This document shows positions 9,942 to 18,740 of a DNA stretch of 32,000 bases, piece after piece. Positions within the stretch are counted from its first letter, which is position 1; every line of letters begins with the position of its first letter. The notes beneath the pieces were generated by a model that saw only the letters and a program-made list of their open reading frames with translations, made no database searches and was not told the DNA's origin. Origin of the DNA: an uncultured bacterium (lineage in GTDB: Bacteria > Patescibacteriota > Gracilibacteria > UBA1369 > PNNO01); assembly GCA_963704705.1 (NCBI GenBank), contig OY969931.1, forward strand, positions 390,001-422,000, in the 5' to 3' direction. The position numbers and the translations under genes are program-made.

Positions 9942-9962
9942 ATATTTAAATTAAAAAATAAA

Positions 9963-10286
9963 TTATTTACGTTTCCACCAATTCAAAAATGTTACGATAG
10001 ATAACCAGATTATTACAACCAGCATTAATATTATGCCAAACACGGAATAACCCGGGAATGAACCCGTATTAGAATTTGAATTTAGACTTAGATATATAAT
10101 AACCCCTCCAATTATAAATATTCCGATTGAGATTATTAAATGTAATTTTAAAGGTTTGCTTTTTTGAACGGGCTGTTTGTTATTTTTTTGTGCAATTGAA
10201 TTTCCACATTTCGGGCATAATTCAGCATTATCTGATACTTCTGTATTGCACTCAGGGCAATGAATAAGATTCATAATAATAAACAA
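9963..10286 (-). CDS. zinc-ribbon domain membrane protein
   Basis: N-terminal IHCPECNTEVSDNAELCPKCGNSI zinc ribbon followed by two TM segments. Confidence 0.85.
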   Translation of the reverse strand: MFIIMNLIHCPECNTEVSDNAELCPKCGNSIAQKNNKQPVQKSKPLKLHLIISIGIFIIGGVIIYLSLNSNSNTGSFPGYSVFGIILMLVVIIWLSIVTFLNWWKRK

Positions 10287-10387
10287 TAATTATTATGACG
10301 ATTATACCATAAGAATAATAATAAATCAGTCCATTGTTTGCTTCTTGAATAAATAGCTTTTCAAGCTTTTTTATATTTATAGGTGGG

Positions 10388-10409
10388 AGGGCGACCTTGC
10401 GATCGCCCT
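10388..10409 (-). terminator. stem-loop downstream of the 10427-10921 gene, possible terminator
   Basis: AGGGCGA-CCTTGCGA-TCGCCCT 7-bp stem; U-tract is poor on the minus strand. Confidence 0.45.
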
Positions 10410-10426
10410 TGAAAAGAGAAGTTGGT

Positions 10427-10921
10427 CTACATGTAGCAGTTGTCACCGCAGCCCGGGCCAGTGTTTGGATCGTTGTTCGGGATGCCGTCACCGTTGGAGT
10501 CCAGTTCCCCGTCACATGGCCCTGTTGGGTATGTGCAGGGATTGCAGGGATCCAGTTCGAGAGGGATCTCGGCGCGGTCCAGGACACCATCTCCATCTGA
10601 GTCTTTCTGAGAGGTCCACAGATCATCCAGTTCGAGCTCGGCCCAGCACTCATTGTTGGTCTTGATGTTCTCGAGACAGATGATGAAGGAATCCTCTCTC
10701 TGTTGTACACAGTTGATGCTGCATGCAGCACTGCTCGGATCCACTTCGCATTCCAGATCATTGACCTGGCATTGCAGTCCTGCAGTGTAGTAGTCCTGGA
10801 AGCAGTCACTGATGGACCGCGCGACCCACATGGTGTGAGGCGGACGATCTTCACCAGCAGTCTCTCCGCAAGCGGAAAAGACAGCGATGAACAGCACGAG
10901 CGAAATCAAACAGCGTTTCAT
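10427..10921 (-). CDS. Cys-rich secreted putative lipoprotein with DxDGDGxxD calcium-binding-like motif
   Basis: MKRCLISLVLFIAVFSAC signal/lipobox; KDSDGDGVLDRAE and DSNGDGIPNND motifs; strong SD (AAGGAGG) upstream; clearly higher GC than flanks. Confidence 0.75.
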   Translation of the reverse strand: MKRCLISLVLFIAVFSACGETAGEDRPPHTMWVARSISDCFQDYYTAGLQCQVNDLECEVDPSSAACSINCVQQREDSFIICLENIKTNNECWAELELDDLWTSQKDSDGDGVLDRAEIPLELDPCNPCTYPTGPCDGELDSNGDGIPNNDPNTGPGCGDNCYM

Positions 10922-11117
10922 ATCGAAACCTCCTTCAGGTGAAATGTTTGCAGACGAAAAGCCAACTTCTTAAAGATCAACTTGAATAGCACAGTAAGAC
11001 TGGCTATTTAAGAAGTGCATTTTAGATAGATTCTCACATTCTGTCAATAGGGGTAGTTCGGAAGTTGTTAATTTTTAAAAAAGTGGTATAATTTAAGCAG
11101 ATATTATTCTTCTAATT

Positions 11118-11834
11118 ATGCCAAAGAATTTTAGATTTAAGGAAAAATTAATGAATGGTGTATCTGAGTTTTCTCCAGTAGATAAAGCTTTAAGGAAACG
11201 AGCTGACTGGATTATTTCTGCAACAGGTGTTGAAGATGACATGACTGAAGGAGGGCATTATTTAGATGTTGGTACGGGAAAAGGACATATTACTCAACAA
11301 ATTTTAACAGATATGGAGCAAAAAGAAGCTCCTCTTGGTAGTTATTCGAGTATTGATATAGCTGATAAACCTCTTAAAAAAGTTCAAAAAAGAGAAAGGA
11401 AAAGATTACAACAGGTTGGAGTTGTTGAGAACACTAAAAATCCAATGGGATTTGCCTGGGCTTCAGCTGAAGCTTTACCTTATAAATCAGATAGTTTGGA
11501 TGGGGTTAGTTTCTTTTTTTCTATGCATCATGTAGATAAAGATGAGTTGGATGAGATAATTAATGAAGCAAAACGTTTAATTAAAAAAGAAGGAGGTCGC
11601 ATTTATATTGCTGAAGATTTGGTTGAAACAGAAGAACAAAGACAAATAACTGAAGATGTAGATCGAAAAGTTAATTGGGAAGATAAAGATGCCGAGCATA
11701 GTTATAAAAACAATAAAGAATGGGAGGAGTATTTTAATCAAATGGGATTGGAAGTTGTTAGGAGTACATTCTTTGAGACTGAGGAGAAAAAGGGGACCAT
11801 CCAACATGGTTTTTATGTATTGAAACTAAAATAA
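11118..11834 (+). CDS. class I SAM-dependent methyltransferase
   Basis: GGHYLDVGTGKGHITQQIL motif I, ASAEALPYKSDSLDGVSFFFSMHHV post-I region. Confidence 0.88.
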   Translation: MPKNFRFKEKLMNGVSEFSPVDKALRKRADWIISATGVEDDMTEGGHYLDVGTGKGHITQQILTDMEQKEAPLGSYSSIDIADKPLKKVQKRERKRLQQVGVVENTKNPMGFAWASAEALPYKSDSLDGVSFFFSMHHVDKDELDEIINEAKRLIKKEGGRIYIAEDLVETEEQRQITEDVDRKVNWEDKDAEHSYKNNKEWEEYFNQMGLEVVRSTFFETEEKKGTIQHGFYVLKLK

Positions 11835-11850
11835 GATGTAATATAGACAT

Positions 11851-12099
11851 ATGCAAAATTACTATGTTTATTTGGCGCGATGCAGCGATGATAGTTTGTA
11901 TGCGGGTTATACAACTGATTTGAAGAATCGCGAAACAGCACATAATGAAGGTAAAGGCGCACGCTATACCCGTATGCGCAGGCCAATAAAGATTGTTTAT
12001 TTTGAGGAATTCAAAACAAAATCAGAGGCAATGAAGCGTGAATATGAATTAAAACACTGCAAGAAAGCTGAAAAAGAAAATCTGATAATATCAGCTTGA
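11851..12099 (+). CDS. GIY-YIG domain nuclease (UPF0213/YhbQ-like)
   Basis: YYVYLARCSDDSLYAGYTTDLKNR..HNEGKGARYTRMRRPIKIVYFEEFKTKSEAMKREYELK. Confidence 0.93.
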   Translation: MQNYYVYLARCSDDSLYAGYTTDLKNRETAHNEGKGARYTRMRRPIKIVYFEEFKTKSEAMKREYELKHCKKAEKENLIISA

Positions 12100-12223
12100 C
12101 AAATATATTAAAACAATGATAAGCTTCGTTTGTCAAATCATTAGCTGTCCAAAAGGAGCATAGTCGAGTTTCAATTTAGGCAATCAAAGTTTGATACTAA
12201 ATTATTTTTTTACACATTGTAAA

Positions 12224-12430
12224 ATGCAAGAAGGAACTATTGCTCGTCTTGTTACGGACAGAGGGTTCGGATTCATCTCTCGAGAGGGAGAAGAAAAAGA
12301 TCTGTTTTTCCATTCAAATGAGCTTGTAGACGTAGATTACAAAGACCTTAAAGAAGGGGATAAAGTAACTTTTGAAGTTGCTGATGGTCCTAAAGGTCCT
12401 AATGCTACCAAGGTTACCCTAGTTAAATAG
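12224..12430 (+). CDS. cold-shock domain protein
   Basis: MQEGTIARLVTDRGFGFISREGEEKDLFFHSNELV..GDKVTFEV; ORF opens at 12191 but Met at 12224 fits the family. Confidence 0.93.
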   Translation: MQEGTIARLVTDRGFGFISREGEEKDLFFHSNELVDVDYKDLKEGDKVTFEVADGPKGPNATKVTLVK

Positions 12431-12450
12431 GTTAATACTACAAAATTTAA

Positions 12451-12488
12451 AACCGGAGAGCTCTTAAAGAGTTTCTCCGGTTTTTTTT
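12451..12488 (+). terminator. Rho-independent terminator of the cold-shock gene
   Basis: AACCGGAGA..TCTCCGG stem followed by TTTTTTTT. Confidence 0.9.
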
Positions 12489-12513
12489 ATTTCGTTTATG
12501 ATAATATACTGCC

Positions 12514-13515
12514 ATGAATATTCAACTTTTAGAAAAACTCCTTGCTGACCAGCCCAGTTATCGCTTAACACAGGTGAAAAAGGCAATCTTTGGTAATCTT
12601 GTTTCGGATTGGGATCAGGTCACAACGCTTCCAAAAGAATTACGTGAGAAATTACAGGTGGAATGTCCTTTGACCATTGATTCGAACCTCTCAAAATCGA
12701 TCAATGAAAATACTGTTAAAGCGCTTATAAATCTTGAAGACGGGCTTTCGATCGAAGCGGTTTTAATGAAGCATAAAAACCGCAATACAGTTTGTGTTTC
12801 CAGTCAGGTCGGATGCTCTTTAAACTGCAGTTTCTGCGCCACAGGTAAAATGGGCTTTAAAAGAAATCTTGAGATGTCTGAGATTATTGAACAGATATTA
12901 TTTTTTTCCAGAATACTGAAAAATGAAGGGCAAAAAGTAACAAATGTTGTCTTTATGGGCATGGGAGAGCCTTTTTTGAATTATGATAACGTTGTCAGTG
13001 CAATAAGATATCTGAATGATAAATCCACTTTGAATTTGGGAATGCGGCATTTTTCTGTTTCAACTTCGGGCATTCCGGAGAAAATAAAAGCGTTCGCAGA
13101 TGAAAATTTTGAAGTGAATCTGGCTCTTTCTTTGCATGCTGCCGATGATGCGCTGCGTACAAAACTTATGCCTGTAAATAAAACTTATCCTCTTAAAAAT
13201 CTCTTGGATGCATTGGATTATTATCAAAATAAAACAAATCGCAAAATAATGTTTGAATATATTATGATAGATAAATTGAACGACAATGAATCCGATGCAA
13301 AAAAACTTATTCAAATTGCTCAAAATTATATTTGTATGGTTAATCTCATACCTTATAATCCTTCAAAAAACGCAATTTATAAGCCGTCAAACACACAACG
13401 AATAAAAAAGTTTAAAGCCATTCTCGAAAAAGCTAAAGTTAATGTTGTTCAAAGGTTTACGTTCGGCCAGGAGATTGATGCTGCGTGTGGTCAGCTGGCA
13501 AAGAGATCTCAATAA
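12514..13515 (+). CDS. rlmN: 23S rRNA (adenine2503-C2)-methyltransferase RlmN
   Basis: Radical SAM CSFCATGKMGF, CVSSQVGCSLNC, VVFMGMGEPFLNYDNV, RFTFGQEIDAACGQLA. Confidence 0.96.
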   Translation: MNIQLLEKLLADQPSYRLTQVKKAIFGNLVSDWDQVTTLPKELREKLQVECPLTIDSNLSKSINENTVKALINLEDGLSIEAVLMKHKNRNTVCVSSQVGCSLNCSFCATGKMGFKRNLEMSEIIEQILFFSRILKNEGQKVTNVVFMGMGEPFLNYDNVVSAIRYLNDKSTLNLGMRHFSVSTSGIPEKIKAFADENFEVNLALSLHAADDALRTKLMPVNKTYPLKNLLDALDYYQNKTNRKIMFEYIMIDKLNDNESDAKKLIQIAQNYICMVNLIPYNPSKNAIYKPSNTQRIKKFKAILEKAKVNVVQRFTFGQEIDAACGQLAKRSQ

Positions 13516-14128
13516 CAGTAACAAGATCTAAAGAAAAGGTTCGGTGAGATTTTACGTTGTAGAATTTTTCAATAATTGAATGGTCAAAACTATCCGCATA
13601 AAATAAATGTTTTGCAACAGGTTTAAACCAAAAATTTAAGTACCATTTTGGACGGGTGTAAAAAACAAGAAAGAATTTACCGCCGGGATTAAGGTGTTTT
13701 TGAGCGTTATTAACAAATTCAACAGGATTTTCAAGATGTGAAACAACCCATGTACAAATTAAAATATCAAATTTTTTATCCAAATTTTCAAGATTGGTGA
13801 CATCTCCGATCATGAATTCTACATTTTGTTTTTTTTTAAATTTATTTTTTGCGATTTGCAGCATTGAATCTGTGAAATCCATACCAAGATATTTTTTGAA
13901 TTTCAGTTTTAATTTGAAAATTTTATATAAATTAAGAGCTGTACCACAGCCGAGTTCCAAAATACTTTTACTTTCATCAATGTTTTGTTTTAAAAATTTT
14001 GTCAGAGTTTTTTCTGCCTGGCGTGCAATAATGAAATTCCACACAACCTTAAAGGGGTCGTACCATATTGCATTTAAACGCGAATACATTTTTTGAATTT
14101 GATTTTTCATGTATTCATGATAACACAA
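13457..14128 (-). CDS. class I SAM-dependent methyltransferase
   Basis: SILELGCGTALNLYKI motif I, FDILICTWVVSHLENPVEFVNNAQKHLNPGGKFFLVFY; convergent 59-nt overlap with rlmN. Confidence 0.87.
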   Translation of the reverse strand: MCYHEYMKNQIQKMYSRLNAIWYDPFKVVWNFIIARQAEKTLTKFLKQNIDESKSILELGCGTALNLYKIFKLKLKFKKYLGMDFTDSMLQIAKNKFKKKQNVEFMIGDVTNLENLDKKFDILICTWVVSHLENPVEFVNNAQKHLNPGGKFFLVFYTRPKWYLNFWFKPVAKHLFYADSFDHSIIEKFYNVKSHRTFSLDLVTVIEISLPADHTQHQSPGRT

Positions 14129-14197
14129 TTATATTTTGCATATAAAAGGAAAATATTGTATATTATTAGTTAGTTTATTATTTCTAACCCTTTCTTT

Positions 14198-14416
14198 ATG
14201 AAAGCTGTTGGTTTAATTGCAATGATCCTGGTTGTAATTGGAGCTATTAATTGGGGCCTTATTGGTCTTGGTATGCTCATAGGATCAGATTTAAATGTTG
14301 TGAAATTGATTTTAGGATCAGTTCCAACTGTTGAAGCAATTGTATACCTATTGGTTGGAGTGTCTGGACTTCTTGTTGGATGGGTTCATGTGACAGGAAA
14401 ATGTGCTATGAAATAG
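14198..14416 (+). CDS. DUF378 family membrane protein
   Basis: MKAVGLIAMILVVIGAINWGLIGL..PTVEAIVYLLVGVSGL matches the recalled DUF378 pattern. Confidence 0.88.
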   Translation: MKAVGLIAMILVVIGAINWGLIGLGMLIGSDLNVVKLILGSVPTVEAIVYLLVGVSGLLVGWVHVTGKCAMK

Positions 14417-14430
14417 TTAATGAAATTGAA

Positions 14431-14469
14431 AAAAAACCTGGTATAAAATATTTTGTGCCAGGTTTTTTT
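14431..14469 (+). terminator. Rho-independent terminator of the DUF378 gene
   Basis: AAACCTGG..CCAGGTTTTTTT. Confidence 0.88.
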
Positions 14470-14482
14470 GTATATGGAAAAG

Positions 14483-14507
14483 GCCGGCGCACAGGATGTG
14501 CGCCGGC
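14483..14507 (-). terminator. strong GC hairpin downstream of the minus-strand 14531-15259 gene, likely terminator
   Basis: GCCGGCGCAC-AGGAT-GTGCGCCGGC perfect 10-bp stem; minus strand continues CTTTTCC. Confidence 0.7.
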
Positions 14508-14530
14508 AGAGGCAGGCTTGGAGTCGGGGA

Positions 14531-15259
14531 CTAGAGGACGGTACGATCCGCTCCGCGGGTCGTCGGCGTTCCGGGGTTCGTGATGGCCTCGTAGATCACC
14601 TCGATGGTCGGCTTCTTGTCCGTCGTGAGCTTGAGCACGCCCGTGTGAGACCGGTTCATCTCGTCGATGGCCTCGATGGTGTTGGTGTGCCCGCTCGTGG
14701 TGACGAAGCGGAAGTCGCGGATGTTCTCGACGCCTTCTGGCAGAGGGGTGACCGTCGTGGTCCCGCAGGAGTAGAGGTAGTATGCCTCGGTGACGAGCTC
14801 AGAGTGCTCGTACTCGAGCACCGGCACGTTCCGCAGGTCGTCCGTGGTGAGACTGAAGAAGTTCCGAAGGGTGTTCAGCTCGGTCTTGCCGAGGAACTTG
14901 GTGGTGCCGATCCGGCTCACCGTGACACCCTCGATCTCGGGGACATCTGCGTTCTCGTAGGTCCCGAGCATGAACTTGGTGACCCAGATGATGCCGGCTG
15001 CGTCGTTGATGTACGCCTTCTTCTGGCCGGCATAGATGGCGATCAGACCCATGTCGGTGATACCGATGTAGGCCTTGATCTCCTTCAGCTGGATCACGCG
15101 CTCGAGGTGAGTGGTCCGGCTGGTGATGTTCGCCGCGAGGATCTCGGCCCACTGCTCGGTCGTGAACAGGTATGGGGTCTCCTTAGTCCTCTCGATGAAC
15201 ACGTTCCAGTCGGCCTTCATCATCTCGATGTCACGCTCGGTCAAAACAGGGATCTTCAT
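14531..15259 (-). CDS. hypothetical protein, about 242 aa
   Basis: GC-rich ORF; start at MKIPVLTERDIEMM (15259) is preceded by SD-like GGGGAGGA. Complex amino-acid composition, unlike the arginine-rich overlapping ORFs. Confidence 0.75.
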   Translation of the reverse strand: MKIPVLTERDIEMMKADWNVFIERTKETPYLFTTEQWAEILAANITSRTTHLERVIQLKEIKAYIGITDMGLIAIYAGQKKAYINDAAGIIWVTKFMLGTYENADVPEIEGVTVSRIGTTKFLGKTELNTLRNFFSLTTDDLRNVPVLEYEHSELVTEAYYLYSCGTTTVTPLPEGVENIRDFRFVTTSGHTNTIEAIDEMNRSHTGVLKLTTDKKPTIEVIYEAITNPGTPTTRGADRTVL

Positions 15260-15272
15260 TTGTTGTCCTCCC

Positions 15273-15315
15273 CATCTCCTTCTAGGAGATGTGTTGTTTC
15301 GCCGCATCTAGCGGC
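15273..15315 (-). promoter_or_regulatory. structured 5' leader with two hairpins upstream of the 14531-15259 gene
   Basis: CATCTCC-TTCTA-GGAGATG (15273-15291) and GCCGC-ATCTA-GCGGC (15301-15315) perfect inverted repeats just upstream of the SD. Confidence 0.5.
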
Positions 15316-15674
15316 TCTTCACCGGTACGCCACGGAATTGTGACGTACGGAAAGAAAATGAAAAACTCATCTATAAATTAAGCCTGATTATCAATATTGC
15401 AGTGCATCATTATTTGGACACACGCGATCAGTAATTTACGCAAATGAGGGCATAAAATCAAGGGAATTTTAATCGATTAACTAGACAAAATTACTCATAA
15501 TTTAGGTAAATAATTTATAAGTAAATAAGTAAAACAACTCAATTTATAAAATAAATATATATAATTCTTATTTAACCGAGAATAAGATATTTTTTGCGGC
15601 ATGCCTTCTTGGTTTTTATTTTGATTTAATACTATTATCATACAATAATCTAGCCCTTAGGTCAAGTAATGCGG

Positions 15675-15703
15675 TTGACAAAATTGATAATTTATATTAA
15701 AAT
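15675..15703 (+). promoter_or_regulatory. predicted sigma-70-type promoter
   Basis: TTGACA (15675-15680), 17-nt spacer, TAAAAT (15698-15703), upstream of the HTH/ATPase operon. Confidence 0.55.
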
Positions 15704-15868
15704 TGCTGCCAACTTTGGTGATTGTTGGTTTGGCTTATTTGTGCACAAACTCAGCATTCTTCAATAGAATTTTCATCAAAGTGATACTTGAAACATCGGC
15801 TAGCAACAAAAACATCCCAAATTCTGGGATTTAAAGATAACAAAACTGAAAAAGGAAGGAGAAATCGT

Positions 15869-16678
15869 ATGAGTCGCTGGAAAGAAAGGCTTGACCCCGC
15901 ATGCGGGGCTGCAACACAACAATTGATGGAGAAAACGGGCTTCTCACAAGCTCAACTTGGAAAGATCCTCAACTGTGATCCCTCCGAGGTATCACGTGCG
16001 GCAAAGGGCTATCGACCTTTTGCAACAGTGCTGGCGCGTTTGTACATCATGACTGATGATAAGGCATTCGCGCCCAAGAACCCGCTTGAAAAAGAGCGGT
16101 TCGACAAGGAACGAGCTTCGCTTGTTCCAAGTCTTAAAAAGTATCTCGAAAAAGGGGTACCTGAATCGAAGGTCGCCAAGGACGATCCTAGCGACCTTAC
16201 TGCGAAGTTTATTATTATCCTTCAGACTCTGGGAGACATCCTTGGGGTTGATTGGAGGGATATTCGAGAGCTTGCGCAGGGTATTCTCGGTGAAAAACAA
16301 AGCAGACCAAGCGAGGTCATCGAATCTCCGTGGTTCGACCGGCTGATGTCCGGCGTCTCGGAAGTCAGTGGCCAACAGCTTGGTGGAGTTCGTTTTGTCC
16401 TTACAGAAGGGTCTTTTAGGCCTTTGAAGGGGCAATTCACACCTGCGGAAGTGCAGGATACTCGCCTTCTGCTTCAGGAGCTTCGGCGTAGGATTAACCT
16501 CGTGACCCAGCTGCAAAATAAAGCAGCCAGAGCACAGATTCTTAAGAAACTTGCACCGGAAATAAGGGAGCTCTACCTTGCTATTGAGCGATCTAAGGAT
16601 GCCGATCCGTCAAGAACTGCTGAACGAATCAGCCAACTCCGAAAACTAACCGCCCTCAAGGGGGCGGGAGAAAGGTAA
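15869..16678 (+). CDS. HTH (Cro/C1-like) DNA-binding domain protein of unknown function, 269 aa
   Basis: TGFSQAQLGKILNCDPSEVSRAAKGYRPFATVLARLY helix-turn-helix; SD AGGAAGGAG just before ATG at 15869 (ORF track opens at 15788). Confidence 0.88.
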   Translation: MSRWKERLDPACGAATQQLMEKTGFSQAQLGKILNCDPSEVSRAAKGYRPFATVLARLYIMTDDKAFAPKNPLEKERFDKERASLVPSLKKYLEKGVPESKVAKDDPSDLTAKFIIILQTLGDILGVDWRDIRELAQGILGEKQSRPSEVIESPWFDRLMSGVSEVSGQQLGGVRFVLTEGSFRPLKGQFTPAEVQDTRLLLQELRRRINLVTQLQNKAARAQILKKLAPEIRELYLAIERSKDADPSRTAERISQLRKLTALKGAGER

Positions 16679-16684
16679 AAAGCC

Positions 16685-18724
16685 ATGTCAGATAAGGCAG
16701 TGTATACCGTAACCGGAACAATCAACTACAGTCGCATGATGTCCGCTTTTATCGAGAGCGGACAGGCCGGCCGGCCCGCGTTTTTTGCCGGCATGAAGCA
16801 AGGTGTAGAGAACAGCGTCGACGCGGGCGCTTCGCGCATCAACATCGTGGTGAACCGCAGGGCGGACGCCTTGCGCATCGAAGATGATGGCTCCGGCTTC
16901 GGGGAGACCGAACTCCAGGGCTTTTTCAGCCTAATGGAGAGCCCCAAGCTTTTCGACCCCAAGAAGATCGGCCGCAACGACACGGGCCGCATCTTTCTCC
17001 TCCTTTTCGCAAAAACTCTACTTGTGTACACTGTCTCCAAAAAGTTTCCGGAGATGGTGCACTTCGAACTTGCCCGCGAATCTCTCGATGAGCTCGCAAA
17101 AAAGGGCAAGCTGGAGGCTAATATCCAGCGGGCTCTTAAACCCAGCTGGTGGGAGATCTGTGGAACGGGCAGCGCAATCTGCCTCACGAATGTGGACTGG
17201 TCTCGTGTCCCGTCCCCGTCCGTGATCCGCAAGGAATTTCCGCTCTATCTCAAGCCGTCAATCGCCCGAATGGTGTTCGTCAACGGCGAGCCGCTCGAGC
17301 CCCGTGCAGTGGTGGGTGAGGTCATCCAGGATGAGATCCTGGTCGACTATTTGCCCGGCATGCAGGAGATCGAGCTGTATATCCCGGAAAGCCGGAAGCA
17401 GCACGACGAGGTGCGCGTAGGCGGGTTTAACCCGATCTGCAGTCTCAAGGACATGGTTAGGCAGGGTGGCGCAACCTTTGGGATGCTAATTCCTGACAGC
17501 CTTCGTTACGGCGAAGTCTGCGGCGACATCTTCCTCCCCATGCTCAACGAGTTTCGGGGGCATGACGGACACTCCATCGATTCCGGATTTTTCAGTTCGG
17601 AGTGGGTGGAGCCTTTCATCCGCTTCCTTAGGGAAGAGGTGGAGCCGCGCATCAAGAAGGTGATGGAGGACCGCGAAGAGGATGCACGGACCAAGGAGAA
17701 CATCGCTCTGCTCAACGATGTTTGCGATGCGATTAACACTGCATATGAAAATGCTGTGCCGCCGCGCAAACTCGATGAGGAAGAGGACGACGATGATACG
17801 GATGATGACAAAGGCTCAAAGCCTGAGGAGTCTCCGATTCGGCTCAACTGCGGAATGCTTGTTACCCTCCCGGGTGAGCAGCATCGCATTCGGATAACGC
17901 GGTCCCTCGGGACCAGCGGTCAGTTCAATTGGCTCCACAGGGAGTCGGGTGGCCGCATCAGCCAGCGGAAAGGCAAGAGCGTTCTCTATACAGCGGGTAC
18001 CGAAACCGGAAAGTTCCGGCTCATCGTGGAGGATTCCACCGACTCCGACAAAAAGGCACGTGTCTCGATCCGCATCGTGGACGAGAAGCCTTTGGTGCTT
18101 TCGCCGGTGCACGTGCAGATCACAGCCGGCGATCGACAACGGTTCCGCGTGCGGAATCTCGGCGATACGTCGGGCCGCATCTGCTGGAAGCTCTCTAATG
18201 CTGCCGGCCTTCGGCTGAGTAGCGAAGAAGGTAGTCAGGTGGAGGTAATCACTTCACCGGATACACCTTCTGGTGAATATCAGATCACGGCTTCTGATTT
18301 TAAGAAGCCGGATTTGGCCTCGACCAGTAGTTTTGAGGTACTTCCTCGGGAAGACCACCTCATGCTCTGCATCGAAGGCAAATGGTACCTACTGGACATC
18401 GCGACCACGAGCATTCCGAACGTGGTCCATCGCGACCGGGCGGCCGCGCTCAACTTGGTGAAGGCCGATGGCAGCGCCATCGACGTGATGCAAATCGACC
18501 TCATGCATCCTGTCCTGCAGGGTGCCAAAGCGCTAAGTCGCTCCAACGAAGTGGTGATGCAGGCACTTCTGCCGCATCTCATCACCGCCCACCTCCAGGG
18601 CCTGGTGGAAGACGGAGAGGAAGAGTCCATGGACGAAAATTCCATGAGACAACGCCTTGCCGAAATCCACCGACAGATCATGTTGGCTCGCACTGGCCTC
18701 AGTTTCGGGGTCGATGACGAGTAG
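16685..18724 (+). CDS. GHKL-fold (MutL/MORC/Hsp90-like) ATPase with C-terminal beta-rich region, 679 aa
   Basis: N-box-like GVENSVDAGASRINIVV, G1-box-like LRIEDDGSGFGETE, and a following IGRNDTGR glycine loop; acidic linker EEEDDDDTDDDKG; repeated ~90-aa beta-rich segments. ATG 6 nt after the upstream stop. Confidence 0.85.
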   Translation: MSDKAVYTVTGTINYSRMMSAFIESGQAGRPAFFAGMKQGVENSVDAGASRINIVVNRRADALRIEDDGSGFGETELQGFFSLMESPKLFDPKKIGRNDTGRIFLLLFAKTLLVYTVSKKFPEMVHFELARESLDELAKKGKLEANIQRALKPSWWEICGTGSAICLTNVDWSRVPSPSVIRKEFPLYLKPSIARMVFVNGEPLEPRAVVGEVIQDEILVDYLPGMQEIELYIPESRKQHDEVRVGGFNPICSLKDMVRQGGATFGMLIPDSLRYGEVCGDIFLPMLNEFRGHDGHSIDSGFFSSEWVEPFIRFLREEVEPRIKKVMEDREEDARTKENIALLNDVCDAINTAYENAVPPRKLDEEEDDDDTDDDKGSKPEESPIRLNCGMLVTLPGEQHRIRITRSLGTSGQFNWLHRESGGRISQRKGKSVLYTAGTETGKFRLIVEDSTDSDKKARVSIRIVDEKPLVLSPVHVQITAGDRQRFRVRNLGDTSGRICWKLSNAAGLRLSSEEGSQVEVITSPDTPSGEYQITASDFKKPDLASTSSFEVLPREDHLMLCIEGKWYLLDIATTSIPNVVHRDRAAALNLVKADGSAIDVMQIDLMHPVLQGAKALSRSNEVVMQALLPHLITAHLQGLVEDGEEESMDENSMRQRLAEIHRQIMLARTGLSFGVDDE

Positions 18725-18740
18725 AAAATTTGCTAGCCGA

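Noticed and set aside
10252-10854. 200-aa minus-strand ORF overlapping the 10427-10921 gene
   Set aside because: It is a different frame of the same GC-rich segment, runs into the low-GC flank, and lacks the signal peptide and SD of the chosen ORF.
11851-12099. GIY-YIG protein as a homing endonuclease signal
   Set aside because: The sequence matches the common free-standing UPF0213/YhbQ-like subfamily, not an intron-encoded enzyme, and no intron is evident nearby.
14453-15343. 296-aa plus-strand ORF opposite the 14531-15259 gene
   Set aside because: Arg/Val/Asp/Gly-rich antisense-shadow composition with no credible domain; the minus-strand ORF has an SD, a sensible start and a flanking terminator.
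17506-18693. Several antisense or alternative-frame ORFs (17506-17889, 17816-18139, 18280-18693, 18382-18717 and others) within the ATPase gene
   Set aside because: Expected spurious ORFs in GC-rich coding DNA; composition is low-complexity and they overlap a well-supported gene.
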